Assembly: GCA_964035545.1 (NCBI GenBank) | Contig: OZ037768.1 | Coordinates: 24,089,319 to 24,153,318, forward strand | Source: Bugula neritina | Taxonomy: Eukaryota; Animalia; Bryozoa | Length of the DNA stretch: 64,000 nucleotides | Reading direction: 5' to 3' | Shown: positions 13,349-27,300 of the stretch, piece by piece | Layout: each line of letters begins with the position of its first letter | Position numbering within the stretch: the first letter of the stretch is position 1 | The notes under the pieces: model-generated | The model's input: only the letters and a program-made list of their open reading frames with translations | What the model was told of the DNA's origin: nothing | Database searches by the model: none | Made by a program: the position numbers and the translations under genes

Positions 13349-16300
13349 ATGCCATCTTTAAAAAGCTTAAAAAGTAAATTCTCTCCAAAATCTAAGAAGA
13401 GCAAAACTGTTGAACTTCCAAAGAAGATGGTGAGTCAAAAGGCAGAAAGAATTCTATCTTCATCTTTAATATTTTATCAAAAAAAGATACAGTTTTATAT
13501 TTTCTATACATGCTCTTGCTTTTTTGAACTTGATAACTTAATTTAATATTAATTATGTTCTAGTGATTACTCGATCCAAGTTTGTAGCTCAATGAAACGA
13601 CATGGTCTGTCATTTAGTCACCTAATTAATGAAATAGGGCTATGCTTGTTGTTTAGCCCCCGAATCCCGTCATGTCACAAACACCTCCAGTCACTAAGAA
13701 GATGATGAAGACTGCTCCACCAAATCTGGAAGTGCGTACGTCTGCACCTGCTGCTATGGGTATGAAGTATTCATTCACTTATGTGTTAGTAGTAGATTAG
13801 TAGTAAGTCTGAAAGTATATGGAACTGCTTTTAGATTCAATTTCAATGTATAAAAATTGTAAAGTGACACTTAAGTACTCTGCAGTATAAAAGTTATTTA
13901 TAAAACATTGCTAGATGCTAATAGGCTTTGTTTGTTGCATGAAGAACTGTGGAAATTTTGAAGTTTGAAACTGTAGAAATGTTGAACTGTGGAAATGTTG
14001 AAGTTTGAAACTGTAGAAATGTTGAACTGGGGAAATGTTGAAGTTTGAAACTGTAGAAATGTTGAACTGTAGAAATGTTGAACTGTAGAAATGTATGATG
14101 AGTCAATTGACGGTAAATCCATCACAAGTTGCTCTGTATTGGTATTATTAACAATTTATTGTTATGATTTGTTTGTCTATTCATTTGCACCTAATTTGGG
14201 GATATTTAGTTACATGTTGAGAGTTCACCTGCTCAAATATATGTTTATGTACTCAGCCTATGCACTGCCTGAAAGCTCAACATTTTTATTTTGCATTAAA
14301 AAACTTTTGACTTATATTACATAAAATAATATTTTCATGCTGTAGTGTTGTTTGATGTCTTGTTTGTAAGTTGCTGTCTCGTCTCACATGAAACCTGTCA
14401 AGTGTTTTATCTTATTATATGACGTTGTGTAGGGGGCGGTACCGCGATGTCCGCAAGTATGAAGAGTGTGAGATCTTCTAAGAGTCCTCACTCTAGCCGT
14501 CTGCAAATAGATGACCATAAGCAGCTGAAGGAGGTGGGCAGGCCTGAGGAGCCCCCCAACTCTAGTGATCCGGACACCAGTCTATATGAATATGAAGATG
14601 ATAGGTGGGGGCAACTCTAGCACTTATATACTGCAAGTCTGTTGGTATATGAGAGAGACAATATTTAATATGAAAAAAAGCCTTGCATTACGTTTTTCTA
14701 AATTTGAGTCGCATCAGCCGGTATTGCCAGCAGAAAGTGCCTGTCCAAAGAGTATAACATGTTATTAATTTGAGTGTTGGACTTTGTCTGAATAGTTTTA
14801 GTCTTGTGACATGATCACATGACCATTTCACATGACTGTGTCACATGACTGAGTCATGTGACACAGTCATGCAACCAATGGTGTTCTGTAGAGAACTGGT
14901 AACTACTCTCAGGAAAACAATCTCCTTCCATGAAGTCAGAGATTCTGATAGAGAGGATGAAGAGGGAGGGGGTAAGGAAACCCGTTTCCTACACTTTTAC
15001 AGCTCTCCAGCACTAAGCTGTTGACGGGCAGCTTTATCTTTTAAGACAGAATATATAATAAGTTTTACACACCCATAGTTTTATGCTGATGCTCTTCTGG
15101 TTTGTATTATTAAAGTTCCTAAATTTAACCAACATGGTGTCTTGTATATAAATCAACAAATAGTGTGTTGTATATGATGAAAATGTATTCTGTAATGTTT
15201 GAAGATAATCAAGTTCATAAATAGCATCACTAGAGCTTCTATTAGAGTAAATTCATGAGAAGCCAGTTGTTTTGTATTACTTATGACGTTTTATGTTGAC
15301 ACGACTTTTGGCAAACTCTTATGTCATTTTTTAGGCAAAGAAATTAATTTTTTGAATTTCAAAAAAGTTTATAAATATATTTTTTAAATTGAAATATTTA
15401 AAAAAATTATTAGGTTGTGTTTCTACATTGTCCTTAAATTCATATTGTCTATATATTTTGTTGACGACTACTGAGCTTGCTTTCTGCAGGCCGTGAGTTC
15501 AGTGCGAGACTCCCTGGTGACAGCACAGCCAATAGCGTGAGAGACAGTCTAAATACTAGTCTGAGAATGAGGGCAGACCGTGACTCAGAGCTGAGAGACA
15601 GCACGGACAAGGTAGAGACTGAACTCCATAAGACGGTGTGTGGGTTGGAAGAGCTGACCGCAACTAAACCACCAGACGGCGATGAGAAACAGCAACTACA
15701 GTACTACCATAAGTTAGAGAGTAGGTTTCTAGCCAGTGTGTCTATTATTAAATGGTGTGTTCTATTATTAGATAATATTTTCTATTATTTATTACGAAAC
15801 TTGAAGTTTTCGTTAAAAGATACCTTGTTCATTTTTTAAAGTTTAGTATTACGAGTCTCATCAGATAAAAGAATGCTTTGAGTCATATTCAGTGTCATTC
15901 AGTGACTCAGTGACTCACTAGTCACTCACTCACTACTCACTCGCTACTCAGTCACTCACTACTCACTCACTACTCACTCACTACTCACTCACTACTCACT
16001 CACTACTCACTCACTACTCACTCACTACTCACTCACTACTCAGTCACTACTCACTCACTACTCACTCACTACTCAGTCACTATTAGTAAGCTAGTTAGTT
16101 ATTCTCTACTTGATCTCTTTGTAGATACGACTGAAAAGACACTGAGAGGTCAGGAAGAGCTCATTGTAGCACTGAGGGAGGAAATTAGAAACCTTGAAGG
16201 CACAGTTACCGAGTTGAAGAAGTACAAGGACCTGACAGAGCAAGGTGATGCACCTGTCTAGCATTAGTCTGACAGTTTTACAAAGGATAGCTTAGTAAGA

Positions 16301-19300
16301 TGAATGTGAACTTAGTGTTTTGTGTTTTTACTCCTTATTTCAAAACAGTTTTACTTTCAAAGGAAAGTTTTATGACTTTCTAACCCATCTGATAATCTGT
16401 GAGTGGTTAGTATTCAGCAAATAGCTAATAATTCTTATGACGTGCACAGAGATGAGGGAAGTCAGTGGAACCCTTGAGGCGGACAATAAGAATCTTAAGA
16501 ACTTAGTCTACAAAGTCAAACAGGAAATGAGTCATTGTCAGGCACACCATCAACTCGTGAAAGACCCGAATGGCAACAGAGTTACGGGTTTACCATCCGA
16601 CGCCCCGACACCAGCATGGATGGTACTCAGTCTACACTCAGTATTTACTCAGTACTCTACACTCAGTATTTACTCTACACAAATATAAACTAGATTGCTG
16701 TAAGACAATTATTACATTACTGTTAACCTGTTGTCAAGGATTTGTCTTGTAGTTTATAACTGCTTTCTTTTGTCTCAGATAAACTTCAAGTATTTGTCTC
16801 CCCTCATCAAATCTCTGGAAGATCAGGTGGCTATGAAATCCCAGGAGCTTGCCAGTCTGAAGGTACGTCGTACGCTGAAACTGTTTATATCATATAGTAT
16901 ATTATAGTGTTATATTATATTAGATTATATATGTAATATTCATTCATGTAAATATTACTGCTTACTTATAGACTTTGCATGTGTCAAAAACTTCACCATG
17001 CCAATGTGTCTGTCTGTTTCAATGATGTTGCATATAAACATACCAATGTGGGCAGATAACTCCATAAAACTTGTTAGGCTAAAATGAGAAATCTTACAAA
17101 GTTTCATAATCCATTAATTTCATTCCTTTCTACTTACCCTCCTGCATGTATATAGAACTAACATTGCATTGCACCAGAAATTTCAGATTTGATTTATTTT
17201 AGCGAAAGTTTGCGAAGTACGAGGCTGACATCCGCAGTCTGACAGCAGAGAATGAGAACCTGAGACAAGCTATGAAGGCGGGGGGCTCAGACCCTGAGGC
17301 TATTGGCAAGAAGGCATGGTACGTCTGTTTGTGTGTCTAAACTTGTCGTCATGACTCATATGTTTACTCAGTTGGCTAGAAGTTGGAGTAGTTTATTTAT
17401 GAATAGTAACTGAAGGTTAAAGGTTGATGAAAACAAAATTGTGATTTTCAAACTTAATTAATAATATAGCTGTTGCGTGTAGATAAATAAGACTTATTCA
17501 CAGTTATTTCAGAGTTGTGTTCTCTTTTTGTTTGCAGGAATCAACTACAGAAACAGGCTTTACTTGTAGTGGAAGAAAATGAGGTTTTGTTGCAAAAGTT
17601 GGACATTCAAAAAGAAAAACTTTCTCAGCTGCACGAGAAGCAGTACTATGAGTGTAAGTACTATGGTACTAATAGTGTGAGTACTGTGAGTGTGAATACT
17701 ATTAGTACTTTGAGTGTGAGTACTATTAGTACTATGAGTGTGAGTACTATTAGTACTATGAGTGTGAGTACTTTCTGAAGTAGTCAGTATAATGATCTCT
17801 TATAGTTAGTCAACTGGAAGACAAGGCAAAGAAAGTAGAAGTTGAAAGACAAATAGTTTCCGAGAAGCTGACCGATACCAAATGCCAACTCGAACTGTAC
17901 AAGTCAAAGTGTGAACAACTCTCTGCCTCTTTGGCGCTGAAGGTAGACAGGGAGGAACACAACCGAGCTCTCATGGAGTACAAAGCTAAACTGGAGCGGG
18001 TGAAGGAAGACCAGGAGCGTGACAAGGAGTCGTTCCTCTTGAAACTCTCACAAGTTGAGTTTGAGAGAGAAGAGTGCGAGGAGAGGCAGAGTGGACTAAA
18101 GGAAGAGCTTCGGGAGGCTAAACATGAGATAAAGTGAGCTAACTGACTCACTCTCTAGTCATTAGTCACTGATAGTTCCACTCTGTAGTCACTAGTCACT
18201 AACTGGTAGCTTCATTTACTCTTAAGTCATTAACATACAGTCTCACTAATAATTTTACTACTTAATATCACTCACAGTTCTCTCATTTATACTCATCACT
18301 GAAATTTATATATACTGTTACAGAAACAAAGTGAAATGTATTGTCTCACTGGAAGAAGATTGTGCAGCTCTAACTAGAGAAGTTAAACAAGGGAAAGACG
18401 TCGTAGCAAAACTACTGCTAGTAGTGAGTTGATTATTATGTAACATGTAGTTAAATTTATTTATAGCGTTTTATGTTGCTTTTTGAATAAAATATACTAC
18501 ATTTGCGTTTGCTTCTCAAAAGTGATTTTAAACACACCACAACTAGTTTATACTAAACTTGACTTTTGATAAATTTCCAACCGCCGAATGCTGCCGGCAA
18601 CAATCACAATCACTAGCAGCACAAGTTATAATAAATATCATTGAATAGTTTATGAGTGTTGCTACGGCGACGGTTCTAAATGTTGTTTGCAGACAGATGA
18701 AGCAGTTCATGAGAGACAATCTATGAAGCATTTCCTGAAGTCTGAAAAGACAAACAAGAAGAAATCGGTCGGAGCGATTGTAGAGAGTGAACTGATGAAG
18801 GAGAAAGTTGTTGAGTCATTCAAAAAGTATAAAGTGAAAACCGAGAAGGAAATGGACAAATTATTGGCCAAGTGAGTTTATTTCCTTACCAAGTGCTGGA
18901 GTTTTAAAACCAAATATCATAGCTTACAAATTCTGAATTTTTAATAAGAAAATCGTTCTGAATAATGAGCTGTGATATACTAGTAACATGATGCTGTATA
19001 AGCTTCGTAAAATATTCAATGAATATTATTAGCTGTTGGATTATTTCATGACTCTTGTTTTATTTTGTGGTGAAAAATGTGTTTTTCTTCCAGTTTTAAT
19101 ATCAGAACATAAACTGTTCTCTGCTGCTGCCTATATAGTAAGTTTATAAAGGAAGTTACTTGAATAGGTTAGAAAAACAAGCCGAAGAGTTTGACGTGGA
19201 GAGGAGAGAATACGAGAGACAACTGAAACACCTGAGACTTCTGGTTCACGAGAAAGACGTACAGAAACAGGAAGCTATCCGAGATAAGCAGTGAGTGCTC

Positions 19301-20643
19301 ATAGCATAGTTTCGTATGATTGATGTAGCTTATAGCATAGTTTCGTATGATTGATGTAGCTCATAGCATAGTTTTGTATGATTGATGTAGCTCATAGCAT
19401 AGTTTCGTATGATTTATGTAGCTTATAGCATAGTTTCGTATGGTTGATGTAGCTCATAGCATAGTTTCGTATGATTGATGTAGCTCATAGCATAGTTTTG
19501 TATGATTGATGTAGCTTATAGTATAGTTTCGTATGGTTGATGTAGCTTATAGCATAGTTTCGTATGGTTGATGTAGCTCATAGCATAGTTTCGTATGGTT
19601 GATGTAGCTCATAGCATAGTTTCGTATGGTTGATGTAGCTTATAGCATAGTTTCGTATGATTGATGTAGCTTATAGCATAGTTTCGTATGGTTGATGTAG
19701 CTCATAGCATAGTTTTGTATGGTTGATGTAGCTTATAGCATAGTTTCGTATGATTGATGTAGCTTATAGCATAGTTTCGTATGGTTTATGTGAGTCATTT
19801 ACATTGTTAGTAGAAGAAAACAGATTGTGTGATTTTATATGATTTGAAAACGTCATTTAAAGATATCTAGTTGGTGCAGTAGCATTTGTAGCTTATTCTC
19901 TCTAGCCGCGTGAAGCACAGCATTAAGTGAACTGTTTCAAAATCACTTTCAAAATGGTAGTCCAGTGTCTAGGATTAGCTGAATGTCACAGTGTTACATG
20001 CAGTTATTTTCAAAGTTGTTATACATGTAGTACGGTGTGGTTGTGTAACAGATATTGTAAGTCAGGAGTGTGCAGCCTTTTTAGACTGAGGGCCACTGAA
20101 AGGGAATATTCCGTGGCGAAGGCCACATTGTAAACTTTAACTTCAGCTGGTGGCCACAGCATCGGCGTTTTTCATATTACTTTATTCTAAATTCCCATGA
20201 ATCATTACGCAATTAAGTCCCAATTGTTATTGCAGGCTGCATGTTTAGTATCACGGTAGAAATAAAACATTTAAAATGTGGTTTTTCACTCTAATTCATG
20301 TATGTGCGAAAACTAATTTTAGCTTTATGCCTTTGAGGGCCACATAAATGTAGGCTGGGGGCCACATCCAGCCCTGGGGTTGCCTGTTAAACAGCCCTGG
20401 GACCGCCTGTTGGACTGCCCTGGTCTAAGTTCTACTACTAATAGAATAGTTTCCTATATCGTGCTGTTCTACAGGGACATTGACGAGTGTTTGGAACTCG
20501 TGTGGAAAGCCACTCAGGCGGATAACAATGACCTCAACAACTCGCTGAGAAAGTGTATGAGAGAATCTCGACTGCAACATCTCGGAAACTTTTGGATGAA
20601 CAGCTCTAAAACTGACGTTGTGAGACAAGCTGGTGACGAGTAG
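13349..20643 (+). CDS. CEP89: Centrosomal protein of 89 kDa (CEP89/CCDC123), multi-exon
   Basis: In-frame exons run from MPSLKSLK (13349) through exons near 13657, 14433, 14892, 15490, 16125, 16449, 16779, 17203, 17538, 17805, 18324, 18693 and 19168 to the last exon ending at 20643. Diagnostic GLPSDAPTPAWM|INFKYLSPLI, QLQKQALLVVEENEVLLQKL and terminal LELVWKAT. The start codon is less certain. Confidence 0.85.
13945..14092. repeat. Intronic minisatellite (16/24-bp gaactgtagaaatgtt variants)
   Basis: Visible tandem units in a CEP89 intron. Confidence 0.8.
15920..16082. repeat. Intronic simple repeat, about 11-bp actcactcact unit
   Basis: Tandem array just upstream of the CEP89 acceptor near 16124. 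Confidence 0.85.
19298..19790. repeat. Intronic minisatellite, 31-bp unit, about 16 copies
   Basis: Unit atagcatagtttcgtatgattgatgtagct(c/t) begins a few bases after the GTGAG donor at 19291. Confidence 0.95.
20063..20422. mobile_element. Non-autonomous hAT-type element (MITE) in the last CEP89 intron
   Basis: Starts caggagtgt and ends ...gccctg, with internal gggccaca subterminal motifs. The 8-bp flanks ttgtaagt and gtctaagt match at 6 of 8. The right end is locally duplicated. Confidence 0.65.
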
Positions 20644-21375
20644 CCTTTACCCTTGGTGACCTTGACAGGCCGTAAATATTAAAAAATAAAATTAGTGTAA
20701 TGTAGAAATGAAACTTATTTAAGAAAGAAAGTAGAAACTCATCTCTTCTGGAGCTCTTAGCTGAGGAAAATCCGTGAAACCAACTGTATTTCTATCAAGT
20801 GTTAGTAGAATGTTTAGTAGTTTGTAGATCTGGAATTGTCATCAACTCACAAGTTTTACCCCTCATGTGCTAATAGCTGAAATCAACCAACTGTTTTTTA
20901 TTGTGCAACTATAATTACTCCATTTACTACTTTTTTTCTGAGTTACATGCAATTTTTTTTTACTTGATGTATTGTAGCATAGCAAAATAGTTATAGCAGT
21001 GCTCTTTTCTAGACTCTAAAGAAAGCCTGTGCATGCTAAGGTCAACCTGTCTCTTTAGAACTTGGTCTAACCAGTCTGTTGACAGTCCTTTTCTTATGCA
21101 AATAGCTGGGCAAATTAGTTAGAATTGATTTTATTTAAACAATATCCGTCCATATTCACTCACCTTTGTCTTTTTAAGCTAATATATTGTTTGATTTAAA
21201 ACTAAACTAATTGGTGTTTGTATTCATAGTCATTCATTTATTATATACAGAAAATTATGATACAATAATATACAATCAGATACCGTGACTAATAGAATAA
21301 AATCAGCACTACACACAGTGTACAAAGTTAAAAGGTGTAATAAGGTGGATATATAGAGAGCAGACAATCCCCCAA

Positions 21376-24300
21376 CTACTTCTTAGTCTTAGCAGGAGAC
21401 TCAGAAGTGGACGATGAGCGAGAAGATGACCCCTCTGAAGCTGATGATCCACTCCTTGACCTGCCCTTGTTGCTGCCCTTTGAACTTGCGCTGCTACTAG
21501 AGGAGCTACTTGACGAACGAGCTTTTGACGTTTTTGATGCTGGTCGTTTGGTAGGGCCGTCCTTGTCGGACTTCGAGGGAGACGGACTTCTTTTAGGAGG
21601 TGAGGCTCTGATTGGTCGTTTGGGACTAGGGCTACCCCTTGCCATTCTCTTGGGACTAGGGCTACCTCTTGCTATTCTCTTGGGACTAGGGCTACGCCTA
21701 GCCATTCTCTTGGGACTAGGGCTACGCCTAGCCATTCTCTTGGGACTAGGGCTACCCCTAGCCATTCTCTTGGGACTAGGGCTACCCCTTGGTTTACGAC
21801 TCCGGCTTCTAGAGGCACTAGACGAGCTGGCTTTTCTTCGCCTACGAACTGGTGATCTAGAGGTCTTTGTTCTACGTCGGGGTGAAGGAGATCTCAGTCT
21901 ACGTCGAGGAGATGGCGACTTCCTTCCTTCTCTCTCCTAACAGAAAGATAAGAACACATTTCAAAAGCGGTTTCATTGAGTAAACTTTCTCTGCTCATCG
22001 GCCAACAACAATAACCCAGCGACTACAAACCTTCCTCCGTCTTTCTTCAATCTCTTTCTTTCTTTCCTCAGCTTTTGCTTCTTTCTCCTTGATTTCCATT
22101 TCCTTTCTTTCACGGTACGCCTTACTTCTCTCTTCTCTCTCTTTGGCCTTTTGCTCTATCTGTACAACACATGGAAGAAGACATAAATGAGATTAAACGG
22201 CTCAGTCTGTGTGTGAATCACACGAGTAATCAATCAGTTGATGAATTTACATTAAAATAGTACAACAGCAGCTCTACGTCTGCACCCAGCAGACGTGCAT
22301 TCTTTGAAAAAAGGGAGCAATTTTTCTAAATGCGCGTGGAGCAGCCAGTGCGATACCTTTTCATCTGTAAGAGGGAGCCAGTAAATTGCCGGCTCTGTGG
22401 TTGTCTTTCTAAACAGATCGTCCAATGAAACGACAGGAGCTTTCTCTTCAGCTACTTCTTTGGCTGAAAACAGAGTAAATCTGACATAAGAAAAGTACCA
22501 AGTCAATGTCTATATATTCTACACACCAACATGATAACATGGCACCTCTTCCTTCCCCCAACTCTCTTGCTATTCCCCTTACACAGGAAATGACATCGCA
22601 GTACCTGATTCTCTGCGACTCCTTCTATCATCTCTGTGTCGACTTCTACTCCGCTCCTTCCTGGCTCTGTCTCTGCTGCCTTCCCTCCTGGATCTTCCCC
22701 TGCCAGTCTCCCCCTCTTTACGCTCCTCCACAGGGGACTGACTCTGTCTCAACTTGTGCTTGTCCCACTCCCTCTGCTATTAACAAAGTATAAACAGTTA
22801 GAACTTGCACGCTACAAAGAGAATCCTGTCACCAAAAACATAATGAAATAAAACAACTACAGGAGAACATTTGGTTGGATCCAGTGTAGATGTAGAGTGT
22901 AGATGTAGAGTGTAGATGTAGAGTGTAGATATATAGAGTAGATATATAGAGTAGATATATAGTGTAAATATATAGAATAGATATAGAGTATAGATATATA
23001 GAATAGATATAGAGAATAATATTTACCGGCTGTTCTCTTTCCTTCCGTCTCTCCTCTATCCGTTTCCTCGCCTCTTCTCGCTCTTTCTCCCTCTCAGCAA
23101 GACGCCGAGCCGCCTCTTCCTGTTGCGCCTTGGCAGCCTCCATTGCCATCTGCTTAGCCTTGGCGGCAGCGTCTTGCTGTTGGGAAGCTTCTCTCTCCTG
23201 CTGGGCACCGATCTACGAAGACATTAACAATACAGAGAGAGGCAGTGAGGTGGAGATGGGGTGTGGTGGCCCCAACTGTCGGGATAAGGAATTATGGTTA
23301 CTGAGCCATCAGATGATGTGAATACTCAGTACTAGTCAGTGTACTTAGCAGAGACTGATCTATCCATTCTGCTGCGGTGGGTGGACAGGTGAACTAACAG
23401 ATAAACAGACAGGTAAGCAGACAGGTAAACTAATAGCCTCACCTCTTCCACACCTTTACTGAACTCAACACGTAAAATCTTAGGATTAGATGGCGGCCAT
23501 CTTGAGCCATGAAGCTCCTTTCTGGCTGCCTCAGCGCTGCTGGCATCTTCAAACTACAACCAGATTGATCTATTAGACCAGCACTAGAAAACACACAATA
23601 CATACACACTCAGTATATACAGCATGCCACCTTTATCTGTACTTCAAATTATTCAAAATCATATTTATATTGCATGATATAATATTTATATTGCATGATA
23701 TAATATTTATATTATATGATATAATATTTATATTATATGACATAAGAGCAGGAATGAATCAGCCAATATGTCTGCACTAGAGTACGTCTGCACTAGAGTA
23801 CGTCTGCACTAGAGTACGTCTGCAGACTCACGGTGGCGTAGCAGTGGCTCTTGATTTTGTTGATCCAGAAGGACCCCTCAGCCTCACACAGCGCCCCGTA
23901 CTTGGAGAGCAGCTCTTTCAGCTGACCAATGGTGAACGGCCGAGTGAGGAACTGAATGTGTATCGTCTTGTTGACGGGATTTCTCGGAGGAGAGACTTTC
24001 CTCACGTGAACCGGTTCGGCGACAGGGAGGGAGATGGTCTGAAAGGGCTTCACAACTACAGCAATATCACGTATGAATATATTACTAACATGTCCTGTAT
24101 ATGTATATCACATGATATTACAATAACATCAACAAGTGCCAGAACAGACAGGGGGACAGACTTACCCTTCTTAACCACCTTGATCTCCCCATCTGAGAGA
24201 TCTCCTTCCGAACTCAGCATCACTTCTTCTTGTACTTCCTCCTTCTTAGTCTTTCTCACTTCCATCGACTTCCTCTCATCTCGTTTAGCCTTGACCTCAG

Positions 24301-27300
24301 AAGGGACGGGTTCCGGGCTGGACTGACGTCGCCGCTTTGTCTCTTTCTCTCCCGGACTGGGGGCGGAGTCCACCTCAACCACTTCGGGCACAGCTGCACC
24401 GTTCACCACCTCCGAGTCTATGGACGTCTTGAGGTCCGGCATTATTTCCTGGAGACAGACACACAGTATCGTAGACAGAGTTCTACTAACTAGACTGAGT
24501 AATATTAGGACGTGTCTTCACACACCCCTACCTTCAGCGACTCTGTGGATATGGAGATGTTCTTCTTATCAGACGGTTTCTTGCCTCGACTCCCTCCCCA
24601 CTTCCTCTTCTTCCTGTCTTCTGCAGCCTCAGAGTCTTTGCTTGATCTCTCACCTTTACTCGACCTCTCCTCTACACAGGTCAAAGTTAATGAATATGTA
24701 GCACGAGGCAATATATACAGTGTGTACAAAATACAAACTGAAACTTTACCAACACACTAACAGCATTTCTTTTCTCAACAAAAAACCTAGAGATTTAGAT
24801 TTGCAAATATCCACCGTAAATAATCAAAGGAGACCAAATTATTCCTCTAAAAAATTTAAAAAAAGCTTCACAACTAACTTGCTAGAGAGATCTTGCGTGG
24901 CTTGATGGTGGGCTCTTTCCTAACTGGGCTCACGGGAGTCTACAAATACAGCGGAGTTGGTTTACATGAGGGAAAACTCCCTGAGAGATATAGCAGTGGA
25001 GGGAGGGGCGTACAGCGAGCCCACATTTCCATCTCCTGTCTGATAGAAACAGAACCAGCACTAAGTAAGGTATAAGTCATGGACTGAGTTTCTATCAAAC
25101 AGGAGACAGAACGGAGAGGGAGGGAGACGACTTCTTATAGTAAGTTTAAACTGTTACCGCTGCCTTTACTCATGCTGCTGCTGCCGCTGGTCCAGAAAGA
25201 AGGAAGGATTTGTATGAAGAAAACACTAGCCAGGTCTTTGATAAATCAGGAACACTCGTGATCTTCACAACTGGCTACTATAACCGGGGGCATGAGCTGC
25301 GGGCAGCTACACGCCATGACCCCTTGGCAAGAGGGCAAGGGGTCAGAGCCCTCTGTCCTACAGGTCAAGGACAGAGGGCGTTCCTCTAAGTTGGTGTGAC
25401 ACAGTTACCAGCGTGTGTTCTACTAAGTCAGTTCATCATATCAGACAGGTGAAAGAGTGTCAGTGTTGGTAAACACACCAAGTATATAATATCTTCACAT
25501 GGCATTGTCACAATCAGATGGGGGGGATATCCTTCTACTAGTTAGAGTCTCCTTAAACAGATCCTTCTACTCAAACCAGTCTTTGATAACTAGACGCTTA
25601 GAGTTCAATGTTCATTCTGTCCATAATAACTTAGTCTCAGGTCCTAAACTGGTGTCAGTGTTAGTCTGGGGGAAACACCACCCAACAGTACATCGTATCT
25701 TTGAGTACGACTCGACTGAACAGCCCAGAGAACACTTCCTGTCCGGAAGAGCTTGCCTAGCTAGATCATATAACTGGCATTGCAGGGTAACACTACATTT
25801 ACTCTACAGTGAGTATACTTACTATACACTACTCTACAGTGAGTATACTTACTATATACTACTCTACAGTGAATATACTTACTATACACTACTCTACAGT
25901 GAGTATACTTACTACATACTACTCTACAGTGAGTATACTTACTATACACTACTCTACAGTGAGTATACTTACTATACACTACTCTACAGTGAGTATACTT
26001 ACTATATACTACTCTACAGTGAGTATACTTACTATATACTACTCTACAGTGAGTATACTTACTATACACTACTCTACAGTGAGTATACTTACTATATACT
26101 ACTCTACAGTGAGTATACTTACTATACACTACTCTACAGTGAGTATACTTACTATATACTACTCTACAGTGAGTATACTTACTACATACTACTCTACAGT
26201 GAGTATACTTACTATACACTACTCTACAGTGAGTATACTTACTATACACTACTCTACAGTGAGTATACTTACTATATACTACTCTACAGTGAGTATACTT
26301 ACTATATACTACTCTACAGTGAGTATACTTACTATACACTACTCTACAGTGAGTATACTTACTATATACTACTCTACAGTGAGTATACTTACTATATACT
26401 ACTCTACAGTGAGTATACTTACTATATACTACTCTACAGTGAGTATACTTACTATATACTACTCTACAGTGAGTATACTTACTATATACTACTCTACAGT
26501 GAGTATACTTACTACATACTACTCTACAGTGAGTATACTTACTATATACTACTCTAGAGTGAGTATACTTACTATACACTACTCTAGAGTGAGTATACTT
26601 ACTATACACTACTCTACAGTGAGTATACTTACTATACACTACTCTACAGTGAGTATACTTACTATATACTACTCTACAGTGAGTATACTTACTACATTTT
26701 ACTCTACAGTGAGTATACTTACTATACACTACTCTACAGTGAGTATACTTACAGGAAGGGGTTCCTCAGCTACTTTTGCTGTCTCATCTCTGTAAAACAC
26801 AGAATCACATCAACTGCCACTTTAAATTCAGTACTTTACCCATGTTGTCAAAAAAGTAGACTGTTGGGTGTTAGTCATTCATATATGTAGACATATGTAA
26901 ACACACAGACAAACACATAGACACACAGACAGACACGTAGACACACAGACAGACGTGTAGAGAACTCACTCTCCGGGCATCTCCTCGTCATAGTCAAGCT
27001 GCTCGTCCTGCTCTGTAGTTGCGATGTCCAGAGCTGACCCGTCTGCTACGGACAACTTCGTCTGCGATACCGAGTCCTCAGAAATCTCAGACACACCTAC
27101 CTCAGTCTCCTGCAATACAATACCATTGTTCAGTGCCAAGTTTGACCCGAATGGAATGGCAAGAGCATAACGCGAGAAATCTAGAGGAAGATCTAAGCTA
27201 CCTTAGCTTCACTCTGATCCTCCCTTTCTTCTACAGTAGCTTCAGTGCTGACTGGCTTAACCACCTTTTTCGACTCGAAGCGTTTGGATTTGTCTCTACT

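Noticed and set aside
21407-21940. 177-aa plus-strand ORF
   Set aside because: Antisense shadow of the repetitive ACIN1 last exon.
25499-26795. Three ORFs of more than 320 aa; CRISPR-like look
   Set aside because: A 30-bp tandem repeat open in several frames, with no unique spacers, inside a eukaryotic intron.
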